Source: Pseudomonadota bacterium (GTDB lineage Bacteria > UBA10199 > 2-02-FULL-44-16 > JAAZCA01). Taken from it: DNA of 64,000 bases. The position numbers and the translations under genes were made by a program. Shown one piece after another: positions 1-9,006 of this stretch. Every line of letters starts with the position of its first letter. Position 1 is the stretch's first letter. The notes below the pieces were generated by a model, which had not been told where the DNA came from, ran no database searches, and saw nothing but the letters and a program-made list of their open reading frames with translations. The stretch is from NCBI GenBank assembly GCA_043798915.1, contig JAZDOG010000020.1, positions 1 to 64,000 of the forward strand, read 5' to 3'.

Positions 1-10
1 CTGCATAATA

Positions 11-114
11 TAGTGACGTTTCCCTCCCCTTTGTAAGGGGAGGGTCAGGGTGGGGTAGACCGCCGTTTCAATGCTGATCTACCTCCCCTATCCCCTCCTT
101 ACAAAGGAGGGGAA
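11..114. repeat. REP-like quasi-palindromic element, copy 1
   Basis: Arms ttccctcccctttgtaaggggaggg and cccctccttacaaaggaggggaa. It is the reverse complement of 9246-9349 with 2 mismatches in 104 bp. Outer imperfect inverted repeat: ctgcataatatagtgac (1-17) / gtcactataatctgcag (132-148). Confidence 0.9.
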
Positions 115-277
115 AATGCTTGCCGTAAATTGTCACTATAATCTGCAGGACTCAATAGTGCTAATTCTGGCAGAATGTCAATGAGTTATGAGGTCCAGGC
201 GATATCCGCGCAATTTTAGCAACTTCTCGACAAGATTGCCGATAATAACTAAGGGGAGTGATGTGAGGAGTTTAAAG

Positions 278-667
278 ATGCATATCAGGTCCGTTCTCTT
301 GGTCCTCGCAGGCCTCAGCGTGCTCTTCATCGCCTCCACGGCGCTTGCAGCCGGCAATTGCCCCGAAAGCGCGGACAGCCTCCAGGGATATGCGGGGTGC
401 ATGGCCCAGGTTCGCGGAGGCGCAGTGCTCCGTGGCTCCGGCGGATATGGGGCCAATCTCGATGCCGACCACAGGGCCCTTCTCTCCGCCATGGGGAGGA
501 ATGACGGTATGCCTCCGCAGGTCATGCCGGTCGCCCCTGTGACGTACCCCCTGCTCTTTAGCCCCTACTCATACATATACGCCGGCGCGAACCCCTACAT
601 CTGGGCCTCTGCCAGTGTGCCATACGCGTTTTTCTCTATCTACGCGCCCTATCTGATCGTCCGCTGA
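278..667 (+). CDS. small putative secreted protein with Tyr/Pro-rich C-terminus
   Basis: GAGGAG RBS before ATG at 278; signal-peptide-like MHIRSVLLVLAGLSVLFIASTALA; no recognisable family. Confidence 0.6.
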   Translation: MHIRSVLLVLAGLSVLFIASTALAAGNCPESADSLQGYAGCMAQVRGGAVLRGSGGYGANLDADHRALLSAMGRNDGMPPQVMPVAPVTYPLLFSPYSYIYAGANPYIWASASVPYAFFSIYAPYLIVR

Positions 668-783
668 TGCAATAATCGTAACTATTACCAGGTGCATGCG
701 CCTTTTCATTTGCGCGGCCGGTGCTCAAAAACCCATTTTCAGCATCTCCGCATCTGAAACGGCCATATATTATTTTCTCCATT

Positions 784-1608
784 TCACTTCACATCAAGCT
801 TCATAAGCAAATAGCCCGCCCGCTCGAACGCATCCCTCTGAAGCAAGGCGCGTTCTTCAGCGTCAGAAATCTCCTCGAAGTCCGCGACGAATTTCGGACC
901 GACGTGTTTTTCAGATGCAAACTTCTCGGCGATCTTCTCCAGTCCTTCCTTCACGAGTCCATGCGACATGAACGGCTTGAAGGCATCGACCAAGGGATCG
1001 AGACCTCCCGGATAATTCTTGAGGCAATAGTAGATATCCCACGCGTCTTTTTCCTTCATGCGATCAGCGAGCGCCATACCTTTCATGACAATAAAGGGAA
1101 CAATCGACGCCACGCGCACGGTGACAGAATCCTTACCACCATCAGGGAGATATCCTTCGAGTTTGATTTCAACCGGATGCTCGAAAGCGAGATCGCAACC
1201 ACGTGCTTTGCGCGCGTGAACATCCTGAACCTTTTGATGTCTGTGTTTCTTCGTCGCTCCCTCATACTCACCGGCGAGGAGATCCACCTGAACCACGATC
1301 TCCTGTCCCTCGACAACAAGCTTTCGGAAGAAGATGAACGGCTGAGGACCTTCTTCGTAACCTCGGTCTTTGAGAAGTTTGAGGATCGTCTCATATCCTT
1401 CAGCCTCAATGCTGCGATGATTGAGTGCTAGGTCGACGTCCGTACTTCCCACGTGGGGAGATTCCTTCGACGGCAGAAGAAGCTCCGGAACCCAGCCGCC
1501 GACGAGCACGATGTCTTCGTGATAAGCACCGAGAAGATGCGTGAGTTCGAGCAGCACTGACCTCGCCGCGTGAACGGCGCGGGCCTCGTAATCTATTTTT
1601 GTCACCAT
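784..1608 (-). CDS. nucleotidyltransferase-fold protein, AbiEii-like type IV toxin
   Basis: IVLVGGW...GSTDVDL Pol-beta NTase motif and a KDAWDI motif; overlaps the end of the upstream AbiEi-like gene. Confidence 0.75.
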   Translation of the reverse strand: MVTKIDYEARAVHAARSVLLELTHLLGAYHEDIVLVGGWVPELLLPSKESPHVGSTDVDLALNHRSIEAEGYETILKLLKDRGYEEGPQPFIFFRKLVVEGQEIVVQVDLLAGEYEGATKKHRHQKVQDVHARKARGCDLAFEHPVEIKLEGYLPDGGKDSVTVRVASIVPFIVMKGMALADRMKEKDAWDIYYCLKNYPGGLDPLVDAFKPFMSHGLVKEGLEKIAEKFASEKHVGPKFVADFEEISDAEERALLQRDAFERAGYLLMKLDVK

Positions 1609-2654
1609 GTTGGTCGAACCTTCCTTTCCAAAATCGTCTGGGCCGCTTCGTCCCCGCGACCACGGAATCCTACGAGATCGAGATAGGCTTGAAGAGGAGA
1701 AACTATCTTCATTCCGTCAATTTCTTGCGAACCATAATAGACACCCGCATCCGAGGGAAAAGCAAGAACGACATTGGCCCCGCTCGTAACTGCTTTAAGT
1801 CCCAACTCTCGTGCAATGTCATCTGGATCACCGCTCACGTACGCCATCGCACGGTTTGATCTCACTGCCGGTGCATAACGTGAGGCTGCAGAAAATCCCA
1901 TGAGCGCATAAGGGATACCCTTCACGTCACAGAGTTTTGCAAGTTCGGCCTCAAATTCCGCAGGACTTTTGAGCGTGAAATATTCAAACCAGTTCTTGCG
2001 CGGCACATAAGCCACCGCCCATTTACCAAGAAGCACCTCGGCGTCTTTCAGGATAATCCCATCGTCATCCACGACGATCATTTCCTGATCTAAGAGAATC
2101 CTTTTCACATTGAACGCCTGACCGAGGCTCACGCCTGCTTCAGGGGCGAGCTTTGCTATGCGCCATTTCTTCTTTGGACCTTCGAGGAGGACGCGGAGCA
2201 CACGCGAGGCCTTCGGTGTGAAGAGCGAGCGTTGCTCACGCTTGGCCTTCGGTGAAGCGGGTTGCCCCGATCGTTCGATAAAAACGTCTCCGAAATTGAT
2301 TCGGCAATTGCCGGCGAAATCAACGAACCCGACATTCTCGGCCTCACAGATCGCGGCCGATTCTGCCGAGATATAAGGGGCCGCCACGACTCCATAGGCC
2401 TTCGGATAGGCGCGTTTGAGCATCAAAAGAGCGCCTACAGCCTCCCGCACGATTCGGGGCTGTCCACTCGACTTTACTTCGACGATAATCTCCAGTTTTC
2501 CCGTCGGAGTAGCCAGTTTTGCAAGAAAATCCCCATTAATTACCCCAGAAACAGCCAATTTCTCCATAGAATCGACAGAAATGGAAGTTCGCTCAAGACA
2601 GGTTTTTAAGGCCTCCTGAGCTTGAGTCTCCAATGTCTCCGCAGATACTTTCAT
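1602..2654 (-). CDS. AbiEi-family (AbiEi_2-like) antitoxin / transcriptional regulator
   Basis: VAAPYIS...GFVDFAGNC, an HTH-like LAPEAGVSLG segment and C-terminal VSPLQAYLDL...RGDEAA; paired with an NTase gene. Confidence 0.75.
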   Translation of the reverse strand: MKVSAETLETQAQEALKTCLERTSISVDSMEKLAVSGVINGDFLAKLATPTGKLEIIVEVKSSGQPRIVREAVGALLMLKRAYPKAYGVVAAPYISAESAAICEAENVGFVDFAGNCRINFGDVFIERSGQPASPKAKREQRSLFTPKASRVLRVLLEGPKKKWRIAKLAPEAGVSLGQAFNVKRILLDQEMIVVDDDGIILKDAEVLLGKWAVAYVPRKNWFEYFTLKSPAEFEAELAKLCDVKGIPYALMGFSAASRYAPAVRSNRAMAYVSGDPDDIARELGLKAVTSGANVVLAFPSDAGVYYGSQEIDGMKIVSPLQAYLDLVGFRGRGDEAAQTILERKVRPTW

Positions 2655-2665
2655 TATTTAGGCAC

Positions 2666-2685
2666 CTTTCAACATTTGCTGAAAG
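2666..2685. promoter_or_regulatory. palindromic putative autoregulatory operator of the AbiE-like pair
   Basis: ctttcaaca-tt-tgctgaaag, 9-bp arms with 1 mismatch, just upstream of the antitoxin ATG (2654). Confidence 0.45.
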
Positions 2686-2722
2686 CCATTATAACAATGA
2701 AAGCATCAAAATTCAAGTTTTT

Positions 2723-2840
2723 TCAGCTTGATGGGCAGACGTCACAATAGATGGGGTCAAGTTCGACGAGGCGCGCCTTGCGGCCGGTCTCTTCGCACGC
2801 GATAAGCGTAGAGTCACTACCACCGAACCATAATTCGACG
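2723..2840 (-). pseudogene. C-terminal fragment of an N4/N6 site-specific DNA methyltransferase
   Basis: Translates as ...WFGGSDSTLIACEETGRKARLVELDPIYCDVCPSS*, matching the FGGSGSTLIA..ELDP.YCD SAM-binding tail; no start codon or N-terminal part. Confidence 0.7.
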
Positions 2841-2859
2841 CGGGAATTTTCCTTAAAAT

Positions 2860-3048
2860 CCTCCCTCCCTTGATGGGTCGGCTCGCGCACACACTCGCCG
2901 ACACTTCGCCATTATATGGCCCTCCGTTCGGAGGGCCTAAGATCGCCGAAGGTCGAAGGGAGCTGGAGGGAGGGTGACCTTGCGAATTTCTTTCACCCGG
3001 TCGCCATGGCCACCCTCTCCCTGACCCTCTCCCATCGAGGGAGAGGGG
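2860..3048. repeat. REP-like inverted pair with a nested ~79-bp insert
   Basis: Right arm caccctctccctgaccctctcccatcgagggagagggg (3011-3048). Left arm split into 2860-2877 and 2957-2976 by an insert carrying the hairpin ggccctcc-gttc-ggagggcc. Confidence 0.7.
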
Positions 3049-3114
3049 ACATTGACAGCGAGCATTATTGCCGGATTAGGGCTAAGTAGCCGATGCGCAT
3101 CGCCGTTTTTTCCA

Positions 3115-4854
3115 TCAGGCGTCGCACGGCGCTTCCCCCTGTCCCGCAAAGAGATCGATGAAACGGGGAGTTCTGATCGCCTCGCTTATGCCGTCGATGA
3201 TCATCCTGTCCGGGTTTGAAAAATAGCACACGACGTCCATCTCCTCGACCGCCGAGAGCCGGTGGGAGACGGTGATCACCGTCGAATCCCTGAAGCGCTC
3301 TTTGATGTTTTTTAATATGCGCCGTTCGCTTGCCGAGTCCATCGAGGACATGGCTTCGTCGAGGATCAATATCTTCGGCTGTTTGATGAGGACCCTCGCG
3401 ATCGCGATCTTCTGCTTCTGTCCCTCGGAGAGGCGGCAGCCGCCCTCGCCGACGACCGTCGCGCAGCCGCGGGGGAGGCGTTTGGCGAAATCCTCCACGC
3501 CGGAAAGCCTCGCTGCTTCCCGGACGTCCTCCTCCGTGGCATCCTGACGGCCGTATCGGATGTTGTTTTCGATGCTGTCGTTCCAGAGCAGCGGTTCTTG
3601 AAGGGCCATGCCGATCCCGCCCCGCAGAGATGAAAAGGTGAGGTCTTTGAGATTCTGGCCGTCGATGAAGACGCCGCCCGCCCACGGCTCGTGCATCCTC
3701 AGGAACATCATCAGGATCGTCGTCTTCCCGCAGCCGGAGGGACCGACCAGGGCGATATGGCCGCCGCCCTCGATCTCGAAGCTGACGTCTTTGATGGCAG
3801 GGTCGCCCGGCCTGTATCCGAAGCTGACGTTTCGAAAGGCCAGCGTTCCTCTCTTGAACGTCGCCGGCCTGGCATCCGCCGCTTCGATGACGACGGAATC
3901 GTCATCGAGGATATCCGCCACCCTCCGGCATGACACGAGTCCCTCAATCGTCGATTGGAACAGGGAAACGACATTGCCATGCAGCCCCACGAGCTGCCGC
4001 AGATAGACCATGATGGCGGTGAGTGCTCCCAGCGTCATCTCGCCGTGGATAACCAGATAGCCTCCATAGAGGCCGATCAGGCCGTTCGCCAGAAGCGTTA
4101 TGCCTTGCGCCGAGACGCTCTGGGCCAGCGCAATTTTTGTGTTCCTCATCTCGACCGACATGCTCTCCAGCAGCAGGCCGAGGTATTTTTTTGTGCTCGA
4201 CGTTTCCCTGCCGAAGGCCTTGATGACCTTCATGTTCGAAAATGTCTCTTCCAGGAATATCAGTATCTTTTGCGACAGCTCGTTGAAATATTGCCAGATG
4301 AGTTTCAGCCTCTTCCTCATCCAGAACGACGGCAGATACAGGAAGAATGAGAGGCCCACCGCCAGCATCGCCATCTTCCAGTTGAGAGAGAAGACGATCG
4401 CGGTGATGAACAGGGCCCTGGGGATGAGGGCCAGCATCTGCGGCGGGGAGTCTGTTACAAAATTTGCCACGTTGGCGATGTCGTGGCGAACACTATAGAG
4501 ATTTTCGCCGGTGGACCTTGCCTGAAACCAGCCGAAGGAAAATCTCTGGAGGCAGTCAAAGACCTTCTTGTTGAGGTCAAAACCCACCGACAGCCTTACG
4601 GTTTTTTTCAGAAGCTGCGCCGCCGCGCCGGAAAGGCTCGTGGCTGCAAAGATTCCCCCGCCCAGGAGGGCCAGGACGACGACGGTCTTGAAATCCTTCC
4701 CAAGAATTCCATCATCGACGGCCATCTTTGTCAGATAGGGGTTGATAAGGCTCATGAGGGCGCCGGCGCCGCTCAGGACCAGTATGGAAAACCACTTCCC
4801 GCGATATGGGAGGATGAGCCTGGAAAATCTGAAGAAGAGCTTTGCGCTCGTCAT
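3115..4854 (-). CDS. ABC exporter, fused transmembrane and ATP-binding domains
   Basis: TM helices, Walker A GPSGCGKTT, signature LSEGQKQK, Walker B ILILDE; start at 4854 overlaps the upstream stop (ATGA); no C39 peptidase domain. Confidence 0.9.
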   Translation of the reverse strand: MTSAKLFFRFSRLILPYRGKWFSILVLSGAGALMSLINPYLTKMAVDDGILGKDFKTVVVLALLGGGIFAATSLSGAAAQLLKKTVRLSVGFDLNKKVFDCLQRFSFGWFQARSTGENLYSVRHDIANVANFVTDSPPQMLALIPRALFITAIVFSLNWKMAMLAVGLSFFLYLPSFWMRKRLKLIWQYFNELSQKILIFLEETFSNMKVIKAFGRETSSTKKYLGLLLESMSVEMRNTKIALAQSVSAQGITLLANGLIGLYGGYLVIHGEMTLGALTAIMVYLRQLVGLHGNVVSLFQSTIEGLVSCRRVADILDDDSVVIEAADARPATFKRGTLAFRNVSFGYRPGDPAIKDVSFEIEGGGHIALVGPSGCGKTTILMMFLRMHEPWAGGVFIDGQNLKDLTFSSLRGGIGMALQEPLLWNDSIENNIRYGRQDATEEDVREAARLSGVEDFAKRLPRGCATVVGEGGCRLSEGQKQKIAIARVLIKQPKILILDEAMSSMDSASERRILKNIKERFRDSTVITVSHRLSAVEEMDVVCYFSNPDRMIIDGISEAIRTPRFIDLFAGQGEAPCDA

Positions 4855-5891
4855 AGCAGCTCGCGGCCGGCCTCGGCATTCGCCAGATCGCAGAAATACT
4901 CCACGGGGGCGTCCATGCGGCCAGTTTCCAGAAAGGCGATCCCCGGGCATATCCGGCAGCGATCCCGCACGGCGCAGCCGCGGCATTTTGAATCTGGAGC
5001 GATTTCCGCGTTTCTGTGGCGCGAAAATGCTTCGAGCGCCGCGCCGAGCCCCGTTTCGAGGAGGCGAAAAGAAGGTTCCCTGATCAGATGGCAGAAGAAG
5101 GCCTTTCCATAAGGGTCGACGTTGACGCCGCCGCCTTTTCCCCCCTGACATCGGAAGAGGGACTCGCTATGATTCCTCCTGCCATCCTCAGGGCAGGGCC
5201 GTTTTTCGGCCTTCCCTCTGAGACTCAAAATTTCGGCCGGGGAAATCCTCAAGCCGCAAGGATGGGCGTCGCCGTTGAGCCGGCAAAAGAGTCTGGTCGA
5301 AAAGCCATGCGGAACGCCTGCCTTCTTTGCGAATGAGCGTATCCCTTCGATCTCCGCAAGATTGTCCTTCGTGACCTGCGTCTTGAGTTTCAGGGGGAGC
5401 CCTGCCCCGGCGGCCAGCTCGATGCCGCGCATCGCCTTTTCAAAAGAACCCCTCTTCTGCGATATCCTTTCATACAGCGCCCCGGTGACGGCGTTGAGCG
5501 TGATCTCGATCGCAAATGGCGGGTTCTTTTTGAGAAACCCGGCCATCTCCTCGTCCATCCGGTATCCGTTGGTGAAGATCGTGATGATGAAGCCCCTCCT
5601 CTTCGCAAAGGAATATATCTCCCGGAAATCCCCGCGCGTGAGGGGGTCGCCGCCGGTGAAACAGACCCAGAGGACTCCGGCGCGCCCCATCTCCTTGAGG
5701 ACGGCCTTCACCCCTTCCGTGCATAATTCCTTTGCGGTCGAGGCTGCGTTGTTGTGGCAATCGGCGAAGCAGTAATTGCAGTGGTAGTCGCAGCCGAAGG
5801 TCAGCTCGTATTGGCAGACACTCGGGCATCTCCTCGAGCTATTCTCGTGGTGTGCGCGGCGGCTGAATGTCTTGTACAAAATTTTCTTCAT
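4851..5891 (-). CDS. radical SAM/SPASM domain protein (RiPP maturase 3)
   Basis: CDYHCNYC motif, FTGGDP, TNG; SPASM cysteines FRC...FFC...CRGCAVRDRCRICPG...YFC. Confidence 0.9.
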   Translation of the reverse strand: MKKILYKTFSRRAHHENSSRRCPSVCQYELTFGCDYHCNYCFADCHNNAASTAKELCTEGVKAVLKEMGRAGVLWVCFTGGDPLTRGDFREIYSFAKRRGFIITIFTNGYRMDEEMAGFLKKNPPFAIEITLNAVTGALYERISQKRGSFEKAMRGIELAAGAGLPLKLKTQVTKDNLAEIEGIRSFAKKAGVPHGFSTRLFCRLNGDAHPCGLRISPAEILSLRGKAEKRPCPEDGRRNHSESLFRCQGGKGGGVNVDPYGKAFFCHLIREPSFRLLETGLGAALEAFSRHRNAEIAPDSKCRGCAVRDRCRICPGIAFLETGRMDAPVEYFCDLANAEAGRELL

Positions 5892-6790
5892 ACCCTCCTG
5901 ACAAACTCGATGACCCTCTTGTCCTTGACGAACCCGAGCCGGTAGCAGGGGAGGCGCTCCACCAGCTCATGGCAGAAGGAAACGGTTTTTTCGAGCCCGC
6001 ACTTGTCCCAGAAGGGAGGGAAGATGGCCGGAAACAGCATGTTGAAGGATTCGCCGGGGGCGGGCCTTCTCACCGTGTTTTTTCTTGCGGGATGGATGAA
6101 AAAGACCTTGTCGATCGGCGCTGACATTCGCAACATGGGGTAGTCGTTGTAGCTCCCGCGCCATGGTGAATTGTGCATCCGGTAGCCGCCGCCTTCCCTG
6201 CGAACGATGACCCGGTCATCGTTGAGTATCTTTGCGCCGCTGTTCTCTCTCCAAATCCTGGCCGTCGTGCTCTTTCCGCTTTGGGATTTTCCGGCGAAAA
6301 TCACGCCGCCGCAAATGGCGTCTCTGAGCGCTGCGGCATGGGCGATTATGCCGATGTCTCTCTGCGCCATATAGTTGATCAGGAGGACCTGCAGGAAATT
6401 ACAAACGACCTCACCTACAGTCCATTGGGGTATTTTGCCTTTGGACACCACGTGCGCCGTGGCCCTGTCACAGGCCTCATTGACGAAGGCGACCTGGCGG
6501 CGCGCCCTGTAAATATATGAATGATCCTTTTTCCCCCACCTCCAGTCTTCGTCGCCGCTCTCAAAGCGCCGCGTGATGAACAGGGATTCCACGCCGCGGA
6601 CCGCCGGCCTTCTCCTGGCCGCCTTCACGTCAATATAAATGTGCGGTTGTCCGTTCCCTTCGTAAAAGTAATGAGGTGGTTGATAGCCTGTCAAGCCTTC
6701 TATTTTCGGCTTGCTCTTGAGCCGGAGCTCGCAGTCGCCCTGCATGGAGACGATCAGACCGGCGATCTTCAATTTAATTCCCGTTTTCAT
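5888..6790 (-). CDS. HprK-related kinase (ScmC/PadeK-like)
   Basis: HAAA, Walker A GKSQSGKST and ILNDDR motifs in HPr-kinase order. Confidence 0.8.
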   Translation of the reverse strand: MKTGIKLKIAGLIVSMQGDCELRLKSKPKIEGLTGYQPPHYFYEGNGQPHIYIDVKAARRRPAVRGVESLFITRRFESGDEDWRWGKKDHSYIYRARRQVAFVNEACDRATAHVVSKGKIPQWTVGEVVCNFLQVLLINYMAQRDIGIIAHAAALRDAICGGVIFAGKSQSGKSTTARIWRENSGAKILNDDRVIVRREGGGYRMHNSPWRGSYNDYPMLRMSAPIDKVFFIHPARKNTVRRPAPGESFNMLFPAIFPPFWDKCGLEKTVSFCHELVERLPCYRLGFVKDKRVIEFVRRV

Positions 6791-7883
6791 ATCGCCGCAT
6801 CCTTTTCAGGGCGCGCTCCCGGCTTGCCGGGTCGCAGGCGGAGAAATCCTTCGCGTGCAGCCAGCCCATTGCCGGGCACCGTTTGCAATAAGGCTCAAGC
6901 CTGCATCGGCTGCACCCGCAGCCTTTGCTTCGCTCCGCATCCCTGGTCAGTTTTCTCAGCCTCATCCAGCCGCGGCGGAAACGCTTTCCAAGGATGTCAT
7001 ATCTCGGGTAATCGATCAACACGCACATCTTGAGTTTGCCGTCAGGGGTAATCGCCGCCTGGCGTTCGCCCGCGCCGCAACGGAAGAGCTTTGCGGGCCT
7101 CTTTCTATGAGAGATGTCATTGCGAGGAGCGAAGCGACGTGGCAATCCCGTGCTGACCACTGTTTCAAGGGGATCGCCACGTCGCCCTGCGGGTTCCTCG
7201 CGATGACAGCCGGGTTCGGAAACATTCCCATCAAGGGAGAGGGAACCCCTGTATTTATACGGCTCCATGGATCCATCCAGTCGCGGCGAAAGGGTGTCGT
7301 CGAGCCGGTGGAGCGCGCCCAGAGAAGAGGCGAAGGCGCGCACGTCATCTATTTCAATTTCATTTTCCTTCAAGAGGCACGTTTTGAATCCGAGCTTCAC
7401 GCCTTTGCGGTGAAGGTTCTTCACGGCACTGAACACCTTCTCCCTCGCTCCCCTGACGCCGGCGATTTTTTCGAACGCCGTCCGGCTCATTGCCGGCAGC
7501 GTGATGTCGATCTTGTTCGGATTCAGGCGGGCGAACTCCCGGGCCGCTCGCGCATCTATCAGCGACCCGTTGGTGTAGAGGATGAGCTGAAAACCCCTCC
7601 GTTTCGCGTGCCACATGATATCGAAGATGTCCTCCCTGAGGAGCGGCTCTCCGCCGGTGAACCCCAGATAGAGACAGCCGGCATCGCGGAGCTGGTCCAG
7701 AAGGGAGAACACCTCTCCTGTCGAAAGCTCGGGCCGGCGCTTGAACCCTTCCGGCACGTAACAGTGCCCGCAGCGGAAGTTGCAGCGATAGGTGAGTTCG
7801 AACATCACCCGGAGCGGGATGCCCCTCCTCGCCGCGCCCTCGCGGAGGCGGGCGTGGAAGTTATGATACGATCGATGGATCAT
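6774..7883 (-). CDS. radical SAM/SPASM domain protein (RiPP maturase 2)
   Basis: CNFRCGHC, FTGGEP, YTNG; SPASM FRC...KMC...CSRCRLEPYCKRCP...AC; contains an in-frame palindromic insert. Confidence 0.9.
   Translation of the reverse strand: MIHRSYHNFHARLREGAARRGIPLRVMFELTYRCNFRCGHCYVPEGFKRRPELSTGEVFSLLDQLRDAGCLYLGFTGGEPLLREDIFDIMWHAKRRGFQLILYTNGSLIDARAAREFARLNPNKIDITLPAMSRTAFEKIAGVRGAREKVFSAVKNLHRKGVKLGFKTCLLKENEIEIDDVRAFASSLGALHRLDDTLSPRLDGSMEPYKYRGSLSLDGNVSEPGCHREEPAGRRGDPLETVVSTGLPRRFAPRNDISHRKRPAKLFRCGAGERQAAITPDGKLKMCVLIDYPRYDILGKRFRRGWMRLRKLTRDAERSKGCGCSRCRLEPYCKRCPAMGWLHAKDFSACDPASRERALKRMRRYENGN
7115..7208. repeat. palindromic element inside the rSAM coding sequence
   Basis: Nested inverted arms tgtcattgcgagga/tcctcgcgatgaca and gcgacgtggcaatccc/gggatcgccacgtcgc. 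Confidence 0.85.
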
Positions 7884-8958
7884 TCATGCGCCGGAACGCC
7901 TTCTCCGCCATCCCGCAATAATAGGCTGCAGGGGCCTCCTCGTCGCCGGTCTCCAGAAAAGATGTGGCCGGGCAGATGCCGCAGAGGGGCCTGAGCCGGC
8001 AGCTGCGGCATCTGGATTTCGTTTTGAATTTTTCCTTCAGGAGTTTCGGAAACTCCTCGTAGAAACCCTGCCGAAAGGGCACCTGCTTCAGATCGACGCC
8101 GAACCTCCTGGTCAGGGGGCACATCTTCAAAAAGCCAAAAGGGTCTATCGTGAACCCCGTCTTCCATTTCTCGCAATGATAAAGATGCTCCCTGTCCTTG
8201 TCCTTCGCCGGCCTGCGTGCCCTCTTCCCGGAGGGTGCCCCCTCACAATATTTTTTCCACATATCCTTATCCTGCCTCCTGACATCCTCGATCTCTTCGA
8301 ACGTGAGTCTCAATTTCGTCGGCGCGAGGTCGCCGTTGAGCCTCGGCAAGATCATGGGGTCGTACTGGAAGCGATGTTTTTTCCGGTCCGGCGCGCCGGG
8401 GAGCCCATCGGCGAACGCCTTGATCCTTCCGATCTGATGCTGGTTCTGTTTCATGCAGTTCGTCTTGATCATGAAGGGAATCTTTTCGTCGAAGAGCCTC
8501 CCGATGTTTCTCATCGTGCGCGCAAACGAGCCCTTCACCTGCGTGATCTCCTCGTAGACGTCCGCGGTGATGCCGTTGAGCGTTATCTCGACGGACTCCG
8601 GGGGGGAGGCGGCGAGATGGGAGATGATTCTTTCAGTCAGGGCATGCGCGCCGGTGTAGATGGTGACGATGAATCCCTTCCTCCTGGCGTAGTCGTAGAG
8701 CTCCAGGAAATCGGGCCTCACGAGGGGGTCGCCGCCGGTGAAGACGAGCCAGAGGCAGCCCTCCTCGCGGAGCCCATCGAGGATCTCTTTCCAGCCTTTG
8801 GCGGGGAGCTCCCGTTTTCTGTCCTCGCTGCCCTTGCAGAAGCAATGTATGCAGTTGAGGTCGCAGCTGTAGGTCAAACTGATATATCCCTTGAGCGGGG
8901 CGCGCTTCTTCTTGCGGTGTACCCAATCGCAAAAATAGACATGGCTGCGGTTCTTCAT
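7861..8958 (-). CDS. radical SAM/SPASM domain protein (RiPP maturase 1)
   Basis: CDLNCIHC, FTGGDP; SPASM YHC...KMC...CRSCRLRPLCGICP...YYC; GGAG RBS before ATG 8958. Confidence 0.9.
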   Translation of the reverse strand: MKNRSHVYFCDWVHRKKKRAPLKGYISLTYSCDLNCIHCFCKGSEDRKRELPAKGWKEILDGLREEGCLWLVFTGGDPLVRPDFLELYDYARRKGFIVTIYTGAHALTERIISHLAASPPESVEITLNGITADVYEEITQVKGSFARTMRNIGRLFDEKIPFMIKTNCMKQNQHQIGRIKAFADGLPGAPDRKKHRFQYDPMILPRLNGDLAPTKLRLTFEEIEDVRRQDKDMWKKYCEGAPSGKRARRPAKDKDREHLYHCEKWKTGFTIDPFGFLKMCPLTRRFGVDLKQVPFRQGFYEEFPKLLKEKFKTKSRCRSCRLRPLCGICPATSFLETGDEEAPAAYYCGMAEKAFRRMNDPSIVS

Positions 8959-9006
8959 CAGAGACTCCGGGAAGAGCAATACGGAAGGTCAATGCCTTGG
9001 TAAGGC

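Noticed and set aside
3065..3115. Tiny ORF MEKTAMRIGYLALIRQ coupled to the ABC transporter stop
   Set aside because: Could be a truncated gene start, but 16 codons is too little to support a call.
2937..3149. 70-aa ORF containing PSPSMGEGQGEG
   Set aside because: This is the usual spurious translation of the REP-like repeat.
6711..7994. Long plus-strand ORF (427 aa) and similar antisense ORFs such as 721-1431, 8176-9003, 27924-28883 and 63314-63925
   Set aside because: Shadow frames opposite well-supported genes, with no motifs.
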